Shown here one piece after another: positions 1-9,113 of a stretch of DNA of 50,893 nucleotides (positions are counted from its first letter, which is position 1; each line of letters starts with the position of its first letter). The translations under genes were made by a program, and so were the position numbers. The notes below the pieces were generated by a model that worked only from the letters and a program-made list of their open reading frames with translations, ran no database searches and was not told the DNA's origin. This stretch comes from an uncultured bacterium. Lineage in GTDB: Bacteria; CAYJRR01. The DNA lies in the NCBI GenBank assembly GCA_964372275.1, contig CAYJRR010000012.1:1-50893 (forward strand), in the 5' to 3' direction.

Positions 1-1866
1 ACCTCGACCTACAAGAGCGGAACGGCGACCTACGTCGGCACCGAGACGATCCCCGACGCCGTCTTCGTCGGCGCCGCCAACGCGCTGCTTTTCACCGCCG
101 GCCGGCCGAAGGCGATCTTCGGCGACGGAAGCCAACGTTGCGGCACGAGCTGCACCGACTCGAGCAACAGTCCGAAGGTGGGGGACTCCTACAATAGCCG
201 GGTGGTGGTGGTCGGTCCGCCGACCGGGGCGAGCACCGACTCGACCTACCTCTCCGAGTTCCGGGAACGATCGCTCGACACCTACGCCGGCGACGAGAAG
301 GTCAAGACCTCCAGCGGCACCGAGATGAGCCCCTGCAAGAGCGGCTTCACCGCCCCCTGCCGGGTGAAGGAGCGACGCACCGTCGCCTACCTGGCGGCGA
401 ACGACGGAATGGTCCACGCCTACGACGACGAGACCGGCCGCGAGCTGTGGGCCTTCATCCCGCCGGACCACATGCCGAAGCTGCAGAAGGCACGTGATGG
501 GCGGCAGACATTCATCGACGGCACGCCGCTGGTGCGCGACGTGCGGCTGCCATGCCCGCGGGTCGGCGGCAACGGCGCCGACGCGGCGAACTGCAAGGCG
601 ACGTCCAGCTACACCGCCGACGACAACTTCGCCGACGACAAGTGGCACACGCTTCTGATCCTCAACCAGGGGATGGGCGGCAACTTCTTCTTCGCGATCG
701 ACATCACCAATCCGGTCAAGCCGCTCTTCATGTGGGACTCGCGCATGTTGCAGGCGAACATGGGGTTCACCATCACCCGCGCGGCGATGGCCGAGATCCC
801 GGCCCCCTCCGGCGGGACGACCCCCACCTCGCCAGGACTTGCGGTGGTCGTCACCTCGGGGCAGACCGACGACAGCGTGACCGACGAGAAGATCCACACC
901 CTGACCCCGACGACCGGACTGACGATGGCCTCGGCGTCGATCTCCCCGGCCGACCTGGGAACGGACAAGACGACCCCGTCCGGCATCAACAACCGGCTCA
1001 CCGGCGAGCCGCTGCCGATCGACGGCGATCTGAACGGCGAGGTGGAGCGGGTCTACTTCGGCGACAACGAAGGCCGGATGTGGAAGATCTGCAACTTCAC
1101 CTCGACCGGAACGTTCACCGCGCCGTTCATGTGGTTCGACCCCGGGACCTACGACAACCCCGGCGGCGGGTCGAACGACGGCATCGGACAGCCGAACAAC
1201 GGAAATGACACCGATCCGCTCAGCGGACTTTCGAACGCGGCCGACCGCGAGATGTTGCGCGGCCCGATCTTCTATCCGCCGGACGTCACCCGCGCCAGCA
1301 ACGAGAACCTGCTGGTCGCTTTCGGGAGCGGCAACGCGCAGGAGCCGCTCACCCCGTCGACGGCGCACGACAACTTCATGTGGGTGGTCGAGGACGAGGA
1401 CACCGGCACCGGCTGTGGCGATCCGGTGGCCGTCGCCTGCACCGCGGCGTCGGGAAGCGCCACGGTCGGTTCGACGAGTTTCACCGGCGTCAAGAAGCTC
1501 ACGGAGCTGATGTCCGGGTCTCCGCTGATCTTCAAGGGATACCTGATCTTCCCCGAGTTCGACCCCGACGCCGACGACAGCAACGACTCCGACTCCGGCG
1601 ACATGTGCGTCGTCGACTACGTCTCGAGGATCCGGGCGATCAACGTGTCCGACTGCGCGACCCCGAGCACGCCGGCGTTCGGCAGCGGCGGATCGGCGTC
1701 GAACACGCTGACCTTCACCAACACCCTGGTGACCGGCGTGCAGATCGACCCGCGGACCGGAAACGTCTTCACCCAGCAGAGCAATCCGGGCGGCACCGCC
1801 CCGACGCTCACCGCCTCCCCGGGGATGGCAAACTCGCCCTCCTACATCGGCTTCAAGCAGAAGTGA
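1..1866 (+). CDS. pilY1: Type IV pilus tip adhesin PilY1/PilC family, C-terminal beta-propeller part (5' truncated by window edge)
   Basis: Frame is open from base 1. PilY1 motifs YLAANDGMVHAY..TGRELWAFIP, FIDGTP, FFAIDITNP; Ca-loop-like DGDLNGEVERVYFGDNEGRMWK; upstream of pilM-Q. Confidence 0.9.
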   Translation, partial: TSTYKSGTATYVGTETIPDAVFVGAANALLFTAGRPKAIFGDGSQRCGTSCTDSSNSPKVGDSYNSRVVVVGPPTGASTDSTYLSEFRERSLDTYAGDEKVKTSSGTEMSPCKSGFTAPCRVKERRTVAYLAANDGMVHAYDDETGRELWAFIPPDHMPKLQKARDGRQTFIDGTPLVRDVRLPCPRVGGNGADAANCKATSSYTADDNFADDKWHTLLILNQGMGGNFFFAIDITNPVKPLFMWDSRMLQANMGFTITRAAMAEIPAPSGGTTPTSPGLAVVVTSGQTDDSVTDEKIHTLTPTTGLTMASASISPADLGTDKTTPSGINNRLTGEPLPIDGDLNGEVERVYFGDNEGRMWKICNFTSTGTFTAPFMWFDPGTYDNPGGGSNDGIGQPNNGNDTDPLSGLSNAADREMLRGPIFYPPDVTRASNENLLVAFGSGNAQEPLTPSTAHDNFMWVVEDEDTGTGCGDPVAVACTAASGSATVGSTSFTGVKKLTELMSGSPLIFKGYLIFPEFDPDADDSNDSDSGDMCVVDYVSRIRAINVSDCATPSTPAFGSGGSASNTLTFTNTLVTGVQIDPRTGNVFTQQSNPGGTAPTLTASPGMANSPSYIGFKQK

Positions 1867-2819
1867 CGCCGGCCGGACGCATCGGGGCGTTGGCGCTGGC
1901 GTGGGCGTCGGCCCTGTCCGCCGCGGGGTGCGCCGGGGCGGTCTCGCCGGAGAAGATGCCGGAGCTGGTAGCCCGGCTTGCCGACGCCGGGCCGAACGAG
2001 CGCGCGCGGATCGAGGGGCGGCTGCGGCGAACGCCGCCGCGCGTCGCGTGGCCGCCGTTGGTGGCGACGCTCGCCGACGTACGGAGCGCCCCGGCGGCGC
2101 GCGTCTCGGCGATCCGGGTGCTGCTCGCGTCGGCGCCCCGGGGAGAGCTGTCGCCGCTGGTGCCGCTGGCGGTGGAGCGCGACCCCGATCGCGACGTCCG
2201 GGCCGCGGCGCTCGAGGCGGTGGTGGCCTACGGAGACCCCTCCTCGCGCGAAATCCTGGAGCGGGCCGCGCGTTCGGAGCCCGATCCGTCGCTGCGCGCC
2301 GAGATCGATCGGGCGATCGGCCGCCTCGACGGGGCGCGTCGCGCGTGGATGCTGCGGGAGCTGTTCGAGGGGCGCACGCCGGACGAGCGGGCGCTCGCCG
2401 CCCAGGCGCTGGGGGAGATCGGGAAACCCGAGGACGTCGCGTCGCTCCGGCGCGCCTTCGACTCCGGCGGAAACGAGCACCTGCGCCAACAGACGCTCAT
2501 GAGCGCCGCCCGGCTCGGCGGGCCGGAGGCGTCGGCGTTCATCCGGGAGCAGCTCTTCGCGAGCGATCACTACATCCGTGCCGCCGCCGCCACCGCCGCC
2601 AGCCTCCTGCCCGACCCCGGCGCGCTGCCGCGCCTGGCGGAGATCCTCGCGGTCGATCCGATCGGCGACATCCGCATCTCGGCGGCACGGGCGCTCGCCG
2701 CGATCGGCGGAGCGGAGGCGCGACAGGCCCTCGACAGCGGCTGCGCCGCACCGTCGACGGGACCCGTCCGCGCCGCCTGTGCCGACGCCGCGCGAGACGT
2801 CGCCGCGCGCGGACGCTGA
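1863..2819 (+). CDS. HEAT/PBS-lyase repeat lipoprotein
   Basis: GTG start overlaps pilY1 stop (GTGA). Hydrophobic N-terminus with lipobox-like SAAGC. Repeated VRAAALEAV / ERALAAQALGEIG / IRISAARALAAIG units. Confidence 0.75.
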   Translation: MTPAGRIGALALAWASALSAAGCAGAVSPEKMPELVARLADAGPNERARIEGRLRRTPPRVAWPPLVATLADVRSAPAARVSAIRVLLASAPRGELSPLVPLAVERDPDRDVRAAALEAVVAYGDPSSREILERAARSEPDPSLRAEIDRAIGRLDGARRAWMLRELFEGRTPDERALAAQALGEIGKPEDVASLRRAFDSGGNEHLRQQTLMSAARLGGPEASAFIREQLFASDHYIRAAAATAASLLPDPGALPRLAEILAVDPIGDIRISAARALAAIGGAEARQALDSGCAAPSTGPVRAACADAARDVAARGR

Positions 2820-2914
2820 CGCGATTCGCAGTCGACCGGATCCGGTTTCGGGGGGGCGCCGGCCGGTTCGGCGGAGGGTAAATTTCCGTCTCCGGGCTCT
2901 CTGTCGTGTAACAC

Positions 2915-3022
2915 CTTGTTTCATCGAGAGAAATAGACTCATCAAAAGCCTATAATTTTATATCATAGAACTATAACAATATTGAAAAGACCTTTGACAT
3001 CCGGGGCGTCGTCTGGGAGACT
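2915..3022 (+). promoter_or_regulatory. Sigma70-type promoter with AT-rich upstream element for xre-pilMNOPQ
   Basis: TTGACA 2994-2999, 17-nt spacer, TGn-GAGACT (extended -10, 3014-3022); 2941-3000 is only 14/60 G+C. Confidence 0.6.
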
Positions 3023-3066
3023 GGAAGGCGGTTTCCGCTCGAACAAGGGGCCTACGAGAGAGCGAT

Positions 3067-3324
3067 ATGGCGAAGAACAACGTTCAGAAGCTGCGGGAAG
3101 AGTTGCTGCTCAGCAAGGCCGAGCTGGCGCGGAAGGCGGGCGTCTCGGCCCTGACGATCGATCGGATCGAGGGCGGCAAGTCCTGCCGGATGGACACCAA
3201 GCGCAAGATCATCCTCGCCCTCGGATTCAAGCTGTCCGAGAAGGACAAGGTCTTCAGTCGGGAGGAGGCCGGACGACGCGCCGAGAACCTGGCGCGGAAG
3301 CGCGAGGAGGAGTCGCAGACGTAG
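3067..3324 (+). CDS. XRE/Cro-family HTH transcriptional regulator
   Basis: LREELLLSKAELARKAGVSALTIDRIEGG HTH_3-like pattern; small HTH genes before pilM are known in deltaproteobacteria. Confidence 0.9.
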   Translation: MAKNNVQKLREELLLSKAELARKAGVSALTIDRIEGGKSCRMDTKRKIILALGFKLSEKDKVFSREEAGRRAENLARKREEESQT

Positions 3325-3386
3325 GGTCCTTCAGGCGTACGCCAGGTCACGGACGCGGAATCGCGCGGCGGGGGAGAGTACGGTCG

Positions 3387-4460
3387 ATGGGTCTGTTCTC
3401 GAAGAACAAGGGTCTGATCGGGCTCGACATCGGCAGCTCCGCGATCAAGGTCGTGGAGCTTTCCGAGTCGAAGCGCCGGTACGGCCTGCTCAACTTCGGG
3501 ATGATCGCGCTCCCGCCCGAAGCGATCGTCGACGGCGCGATGATGAACGCGACGCGGATCGCCGAAGCGGTCGGGGAGCTGGTCAACAACCACAAGATCA
3601 AGACCAAGGAGGTGGCGACCGCCATCTCCGGCCACTCGGTGATCATCAAGAAGATCAGCCTCCCGGCGATGACCGACGAGGAGCTGGAGGAGTCGATCCA
3701 GTGGGAGGCCGAGCAGTACATCCCGTTCGACATCAACGACGTCCACATCGACGTCCAGCGGCTGGGCAACAAGACGACCGAGGGCGGCCAGATGGACGTC
3801 CTGCTCGTCGCCGCCAAGAAGGACATGATCAACGACTACACCGCCGTCATCTCCGAGGCGGGGCTCACGGCGGTGATCATGGACGTCGCCGGTTTCGCGG
3901 TGCAGAACCAGTTCGAGCTCAACTACGAGGTCGCGGCCGGGGAGACGGTGGTGCTCTGCAACATCGGCGCCTCGATCGTGAACATCAACATCGTGAAAGG
4001 GGACGTCACCGCCTTCACCCGCGATGTGTCGATGGGCGGAAACCTCTTCACCGAAGAGATCCAGAAGCAGCTCAACGTCTCCTACGACGAAGCCGAGGCG
4101 TTGAAGCTGGGGGGCGACGCGGGTAGCGAGAGCCAGGCGGTCGTCCCGCAGGAGGTCGAAGGGATCATCGCCAGCGTCTCGGAGAACCTGGCTTCGGAGA
4201 TCCAGCGGTCGCTCGACTTCTACGCGGCGACGGCCGCGGAGGACCACATCACCAAGATCTACCTCTCCGGCGGATCGGCCAAGGTGCCGGGTCTGGCGCG
4301 TGTGTTCGAGGCGCGGACCAACATCCCGGTGGAGATCATGCACCCGTTCAAGAACGTCCACTTCAACGAGCGCCAGTTCAACTCGAACGACCTGGTGAGC
4401 CAGTCGCCGATGGCGGCGGTGGGGGTGGGGTTGGCGATGCGTCGGGCGGGGGACCGGTAG
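3387..4460 (+). CDS. pilM: Type IV pilus assembly protein PilM
   Basis: IGLDIGSSAIKVVEL, WEAEQYIPFDI, DVLLVAAKK, EIQRSLDFY, IYLSGGSAK; ATG at 3387 after GGGGAGAG. Confidence 0.97.
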   Translation: MGLFSKNKGLIGLDIGSSAIKVVELSESKRRYGLLNFGMIALPPEAIVDGAMMNATRIAEAVGELVNNHKIKTKEVATAISGHSVIIKKISLPAMTDEELEESIQWEAEQYIPFDINDVHIDVQRLGNKTTEGGQMDVLLVAAKKDMINDYTAVISEAGLTAVIMDVAGFAVQNQFELNYEVAAGETVVLCNIGASIVNINIVKGDVTAFTRDVSMGGNLFTEEIQKQLNVSYDEAEALKLGGDAGSESQAVVPQEVEGIIASVSENLASEIQRSLDFYAATAAEDHITKIYLSGGSAKVPGLARVFEARTNIPVEIMHPFKNVHFNERQFNSNDLVSQSPMAAVGVGLAMRRAGDR

Positions 4461-4463
4461 CCG

Positions 4464-5066
4464 ATGGTTCGCATCAACCTCCTGCCGGTCAAAGCCAAGA
4501 AACGGCAGAGCACCGTCGTCTACCAGCTCGCGGGCGGCGCCTTCGTGCTGTTCGTCGCGGCCGGCGGCTGCTTCGCCTTCCAATGGTGGTTCTCGGGCAC
4601 GGCGACGGCGCTCGAGGCGGAGAAGGGGAAGATCCAGGGGGAGATCGACAACTACAACCGGATCATCGGCGAGGTGACCCAGTTCGAGGCGCAGAAGGCG
4701 GAGCTGCAGAAGAAGCTGGACGTCATCGGCAACCTGAAATCGAACAAGGTCGGACCGGTGAAGCTGCTCGAGGAGCTGGCGACCGTGATCCCCAAGAAGG
4801 TATGGCTCGGCTCGATCCGGGAGACGACGACGCCGCCGGCGTCGCACTCCGTCGCCCTGACCGGCGAGGCGATCTCCGACGAAGTGGTCGCCGAGTTCAT
4901 GACCAAGCTCGAGGAGTCCGACTACTTCTCCAACGTCAATTTGATCGAGACCCGGCTGGGGACCCCCCGCAACAACGTTCCGGTCCACTCCTTCGCCCTG
5001 ACCTGCGAGATGACGATGCCGGGGAAGAAGACGGCCGAGGCGGCGCCGGCGAGCGATCCACGGTAG
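4464..5066 (+). CDS. pilN: Type IV pilus assembly protein PilN
   Basis: MVRINLLP N-terminal motif, single TM, coiled coil, VWLGSI; follows pilM. Confidence 0.96.
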   Translation: MVRINLLPVKAKKRQSTVVYQLAGGAFVLFVAAGGCFAFQWWFSGTATALEAEKGKIQGEIDNYNRIIGEVTQFEAQKAELQKKLDVIGNLKSNKVGPVKLLEELATVIPKKVWLGSIRETTTPPASHSVALTGEAISDEVVAEFMTKLEESDYFSNVNLIETRLGTPRNNVPVHSFALTCEMTMPGKKTAEAAPASDPR

Positions 5067-5072
5067 AAGAAC

Positions 5073-5666
5073 ATGCAACAGTACCTCGAGAAGTTCGGAA
5101 AGCTCCCCGCCTCCACCAAGCTGATCGTGCTGGTGGCGCTGGTCGGCGTCGTCTTCGCCGTCTACTACACCACGTTCTTCATGCCGCTCCAGGAGCGGAT
5201 CTCCACCCTCCGGGCCGACATCGAGGTGCTGGTCGGGGAGCGCGACAAGGCCAAGTCGAAGGCCGACAACCTCGACAAGTTCAAAGCCGAGGTGGCGCGC
5301 CTGCGCGAGGACCTGGAGAAGGCGAAGGCTTCGCTGCCCAACGAGCGCGAGATCCCCGACCTGCTGAAGCAGGTGGCGAACCTCGGCAAGAAGATCGGGC
5401 TCGACTTCGTCCTGTTCCGTCCGCAGCCGGACGTCAACCGCGACTTCTACGCCGAGGTGCCGGTCGAGATCTCGGTCACCGGCGGCTACCACGAGGTGGC
5501 GAAGTTCTTCGCCAAGGTCGGCCAGCTCAAGCGCATCGTCAACATCCAGAACGTCGTCCTGGCCAGCCCCTCGGAGAAGAACGGAAAGATGGTCCTCACC
5601 GTCACCGGGCAGGTGGTCACCTTCCGCTTCCTGGAGGGCGCCGTCGCCGCCGGAGGCGCGAAGTGA
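5073..5666 (+). CDS. pilO: Type IV pilus assembly protein PilO
   Basis: TM + coiled coil, LPNEREIPDLL, FYAEVPVEISVTGGYHEVAKFF, RIVNI. Confidence 0.96.
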   Translation: MQQYLEKFGKLPASTKLIVLVALVGVVFAVYYTTFFMPLQERISTLRADIEVLVGERDKAKSKADNLDKFKAEVARLREDLEKAKASLPNEREIPDLLKQVANLGKKIGLDFVLFRPQPDVNRDFYAEVPVEISVTGGYHEVAKFFAKVGQLKRIVNIQNVVLASPSEKNGKMVLTVTGQVVTFRFLEGAVAAGGAK

Positions 5667-6247
5667 TCCCGCCGCGTCGCCGCTGGGCGCGTCCGGCCGC
5701 CATCGCCGCCGCGGCCGCCGCGCTCATCGCGTGCGGCTCGGACGAGGCGGTGGTCGAGGTGACCCCCGTGCCCGCCCCCGCGCCCGCGGCTGCGGCGCCG
5801 GCGGCCCCGGCGCCCAACCCGACGGGTCCCGGCGACGCCGCCCCCGCGGCGGCGGCGACGCCCGAAGCCGCCGCGAACGAAGAGTACGAATACAACCCGA
5901 TCGGGAAGCGGGACCCATTCCGCTCGTTCCTCTCCGACGAAGCGGTGACCCAGACCCGCGCCCTCACCCCGCTGCAGCGGTACGACATCGACCAGATCCG
6001 GGTCGTCGGCGTGATCTGGGGGATCTCGACGCCGCGCGCCATGGTGGTGACACCGGACGGCAAGGCGTTCGTGGTGCAGAAGGGGACGCTGATCGGCCGC
6101 CCCGAGAACTGGGGCAAGGTTTCGCGCATCACGCAGGACGAGGTGGTGGTCAGCCAGGAGTACCGCGATTTCGAAGGGAAGGCGGTCTCCCAGGAAGTGT
6201 CGATCAAGATGCCGCGCGAGAACCAAGGACTGGAGGAGCTCCAATGA
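5663..6247 (+). CDS. pilP: Type IV pilus assembly lipoprotein PilP
   Basis: GTG overlapping pilO stop; lipobox LIAC; YNPIGKRDPFRS, PLQRYDIDQI, AMVVTPDGK. Confidence 0.93.
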   Translation: MIPPRRRWARPAAIAAAAAALIACGSDEAVVEVTPVPAPAPAAAAPAAPAPNPTGPGDAAPAAAATPEAAANEEYEYNPIGKRDPFRSFLSDEAVTQTRALTPLQRYDIDQIRVVGVIWGISTPRAMVVTPDGKAFVVQKGTLIGRPENWGKVSRITQDEVVVSQEYRDFEGKAVSQEVSIKMPRENQGLEELQ

Positions 6248-9090
6248 GGGCGATGCGCCACAGGCTGTGGATCGTGCTCGCCGCCGGCGTCGTCGTCGCC
6301 GGGTGCGGCCCGAAGGCGGGGTCGACCGACTCCGGTCGGGCGCAGCCGCGCGCCGGCGCGAGGGAGGTCGGCGGCCCCGCTCCGCTCGCCGGGCCGGTGA
6401 CGATCAACGGCCTCAACATCACCGAGCGCGAGACGAACACGGTGGTGCGGATCGAGGCGACCGGACCGATCCAGTCCGAGAGCTACACCGTCTTCAAGCT
6501 GACCGATCCGATGCGGGTTGTCATCGACATCCAGAACTCGACCAAGGGGGAGATCGGCGGTCCCTATTCGGTGGCGAACGGCACGGTCAACGACGTGAAG
6601 GCGACCTTCTTCGAGGACGAAGGGAACAAGGTCAGCCGGATCATGATCGGGCTGGAGAAGATCGTCGAATACAGCGTCCGTTCCGAAGGGAACGCCATCG
6701 TCGTGGAGATCCCGCGCGAAGGCCCGATGCCGGCCGTGACGCAAATGGGGACGAGCGGCGCGGCCGTCGCCGAGGCGGCCGCCGCCACCCCGCCGCCGGA
6801 GGCACCGATTGCGGAGGCCGCCCCGGTCGCCACCCCTCCGGTGCTGGCCGAGGCGCCGGCGCCGATCGAGCCGCTCCCGCCGGAGTCGGTACCGGCTCCG
6901 ATCGAGGAACCCGCGCCGACGCCGGAACCGATCGCGGAACCGGTCGCCGTCGCGCCGCCGCCGGATCCGGTGCCGGAGCCCACCCCGGAGCCGGCGCCGA
7001 TCGAACCGGTCGTGCCGGAGCCCGTGCCGGCGCCGACCCTCGCCGAGGTCATTCCGGAGCCGACCCCGGAGCCGATCGTCGAAACGGCTTCGCCGGATCC
7101 AATCGCCCCCGAGCCGGAACCGATCGCCCCGGCGCCGGAGCCGATCGCGGAACCTGTGATCGAGCCGATTGCGGAACCGGTGGTCGAGCCGGTGACGCCG
7201 GCGCCGGACCCGATCGAGCTCATCCCCGCGCCCCGGACCGCGCCGACCTCGTTGGTGAAGATGACGGCGCTCGACTTCGACAACCGCAACGCCAGCACCT
7301 CGCGGATCATCATCAAGACGGCGGTGCCGGTGGAGTACGAGCAGCTCGCCCCCGAGGGGAACACGGTGGTGCTCGAGCTCAAGGGGGTCCGCGTCCCGAA
7401 GAGCCTGGAGCGCGCGCTCGACACCAGCGAGTTCAAGAGCGCGGTGAAGCTGATCTCCACCTACCAGGCGGGGGACAACGCGCGGGTCGTGGTGCAGCTC
7501 CGCGAGAACGTGCCGAACAAGATCGTTCCCCAGGGGAACACCTACTATTTCGACTTCGCGCGCCCCGTCGGAATGAACGGCACCGAAGTGGCGGCCGTGA
7601 GCACCGACGCCGCCATCGCCCCGCCCGGCGTCGCGCCGGAACCGTCGGCCGCGCCGGAGGCGATCGCGGAGCCGCTCACCGACCCGCTGGTCGATTCCCC
7701 CGCGACCGCCCCCCCGGCGGTCGTCGTCGGACCGTCGAACGGCGTCCGTCCTCCCGAGGCGACGCTCGCCGATCCGGCCTTCGCCGCCAGCGCGTCCGGA
7801 AAGGTGGAATCGAGCGGCATGCGGAAGAACTACACCGGCCGCAAGATCTCGATGGACTTCAAGGACGCCGACATCCACGACGTCCTGCGGCTGATCGCCA
7901 ACGTCTCCAAGCTCAACATCATCACCAGCGATTCGGTCACCGGAAAGGTGACGATGCGGCTGATCCAGGTCCCGTGGGACCAGGCGCTCGACATCGTCCT
8001 CCAGTCGAAGAAGCTGGAGATGGCCCAGGAAGGGAACATCGTCCGCATCGACACCATCACGAACTTCACCGCCGAGCGCGACGAGAAGGCGAAGGCGCGC
8101 GACTCGCTCAGCAAGCTCCTGCCGATCGACACCCTGATGCTCCCGGTCTCCTACGCGGGCGCCGGCGACATGCAGGCGCGGCTGTCCGGATTCCTCTCCA
8201 AGGAGGGGAAGATCACCGTCGACGACCGCACCAACATGCTGTTGATCCAGGACCACCCCGAGCAACTGAACCGGATGCGCGAGCTGGCCAAGTTGCTCGA
8301 CCTGCAGACGCCTCAGGTGCTGATCGAGGCCCGGCTGGTCGAGGCGCGCACGGCGTTCTCGCGCACGATCGGCATCCAGTGGGGCGGCGCCTTCAATCCG
8401 AACCCGACCGGGCTGTTCTTCCCCAACACCTTCGGGGTCCGAGGCGGCAACGGCCCGTTGTCGGTCGGTCCTCGCGGCGCGACGCCGGAGGACAACCTGG
8501 CGATCAACCTTCCCGGTCCGTCGGTCTCCTCCTTGGCGCTCTTCTTCGGCAACCTGGGACAGACCTTCGACCTCGACGCGCGGCTCGGGGCGCTCGAGAC
8601 CACCGACGACATCAAGGTGGTCTCCAGCCCCCGCATCGCCACGCTCGACAACAAGGCGGCGCGCATCAGCCAGGGCGCGAAGATCCCCTACCTTTCCGCG
8701 AGCCAGCAGGGGACGCAGACCCAGTTCGTCGACGCCACCCTCGAGCTGTCGGTGACCCCGCACATCACCGCCGACAAGAGCATCTTCATGGTCGTCTCGG
8801 TGAAGAACAACCGTCCGGGCTCGCTCTCGGTCGGCGGCCAACCGTCGGTCGACGTTGCCGAGGCGGCGACCGAGATCCTGGTGAAGGACGGCGATACCAC
8901 GGTGATCGGCGGCGTCTACGTGGTGAACCAGACGAAGTCCCGGATCGGACTGCCCTGGCTCTACAAGCTCCCGTTCATCGGGCCGCTGTTCCGCACCTCC
9001 ACCACCTCGGAGGACCGGCGCGAACTGCTCGTCTTCCTGACGCCGCGGATCATCACCCGCTCGCAGGCCCAGGCGAAGAATGGGAACTAG
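6244..9090 (+). CDS. pilQ: Type IV pilus secretin PilQ with AMIN-like domains and lipoprotein signal
   Basis: YTGRKISMDFKDADIHDVLRLIA, VPWDQALD, PQVLIEARLVEA, SSPRIATLDNKAARISQG, ELLVFLTPRII; N-terminal VAGC lipobox; ATG overlaps pilP stop. Confidence 0.97.
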   Translation: MRAMRHRLWIVLAAGVVVAGCGPKAGSTDSGRAQPRAGAREVGGPAPLAGPVTINGLNITERETNTVVRIEATGPIQSESYTVFKLTDPMRVVIDIQNSTKGEIGGPYSVANGTVNDVKATFFEDEGNKVSRIMIGLEKIVEYSVRSEGNAIVVEIPREGPMPAVTQMGTSGAAVAEAAAATPPPEAPIAEAAPVATPPVLAEAPAPIEPLPPESVPAPIEEPAPTPEPIAEPVAVAPPPDPVPEPTPEPAPIEPVVPEPVPAPTLAEVIPEPTPEPIVETASPDPIAPEPEPIAPAPEPIAEPVIEPIAEPVVEPVTPAPDPIELIPAPRTAPTSLVKMTALDFDNRNASTSRIIIKTAVPVEYEQLAPEGNTVVLELKGVRVPKSLERALDTSEFKSAVKLISTYQAGDNARVVVQLRENVPNKIVPQGNTYYFDFARPVGMNGTEVAAVSTDAAIAPPGVAPEPSAAPEAIAEPLTDPLVDSPATAPPAVVVGPSNGVRPPEATLADPAFAASASGKVESSGMRKNYTGRKISMDFKDADIHDVLRLIANVSKLNIITSDSVTGKVTMRLIQVPWDQALDIVLQSKKLEMAQEGNIVRIDTITNFTAERDEKAKARDSLSKLLPIDTLMLPVSYAGAGDMQARLSGFLSKEGKITVDDRTNMLLIQDHPEQLNRMRELAKLLDLQTPQVLIEARLVEARTAFSRTIGIQWGGAFNPNPTGLFFPNTFGVRGGNGPLSVGPRGATPEDNLAINLPGPSVSSLALFFGNLGQTFDLDARLGALETTDDIKVVSSPRIATLDNKAARISQGAKIPYLSASQQGTQTQFVDATLELSVTPHITADKSIFMVVSVKNNRPGSLSVGGQPSVDVAEAATEILVKDGDTTVIGGVYVVNQTKSRIGLPWLYKLPFIGPLFRTSTTSEDRRELLVFLTPRIITRSQAQAKNGN
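6775..7245 (+). repeat. Pro/Glu-rich low-complexity coding repeat in PilQ (P-E-P-I/V-A-type units)
   Basis: Degenerate CCGGAGCCGATCGCGGAACC-like units encoding PEPIAEPVIEPIAEPVVEP etc. Confidence 0.8.
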
Positions 9091-9113
9091 AGGCCGGTGA
9101 CGGCGCTCGACCG

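Noticed and set aside
6775-7245. Repeats in pilQ as a possible CRISPR or VNTR array
   Set aside because: Degenerate, in-frame, no fixed repeat-spacer period and no cas genes.
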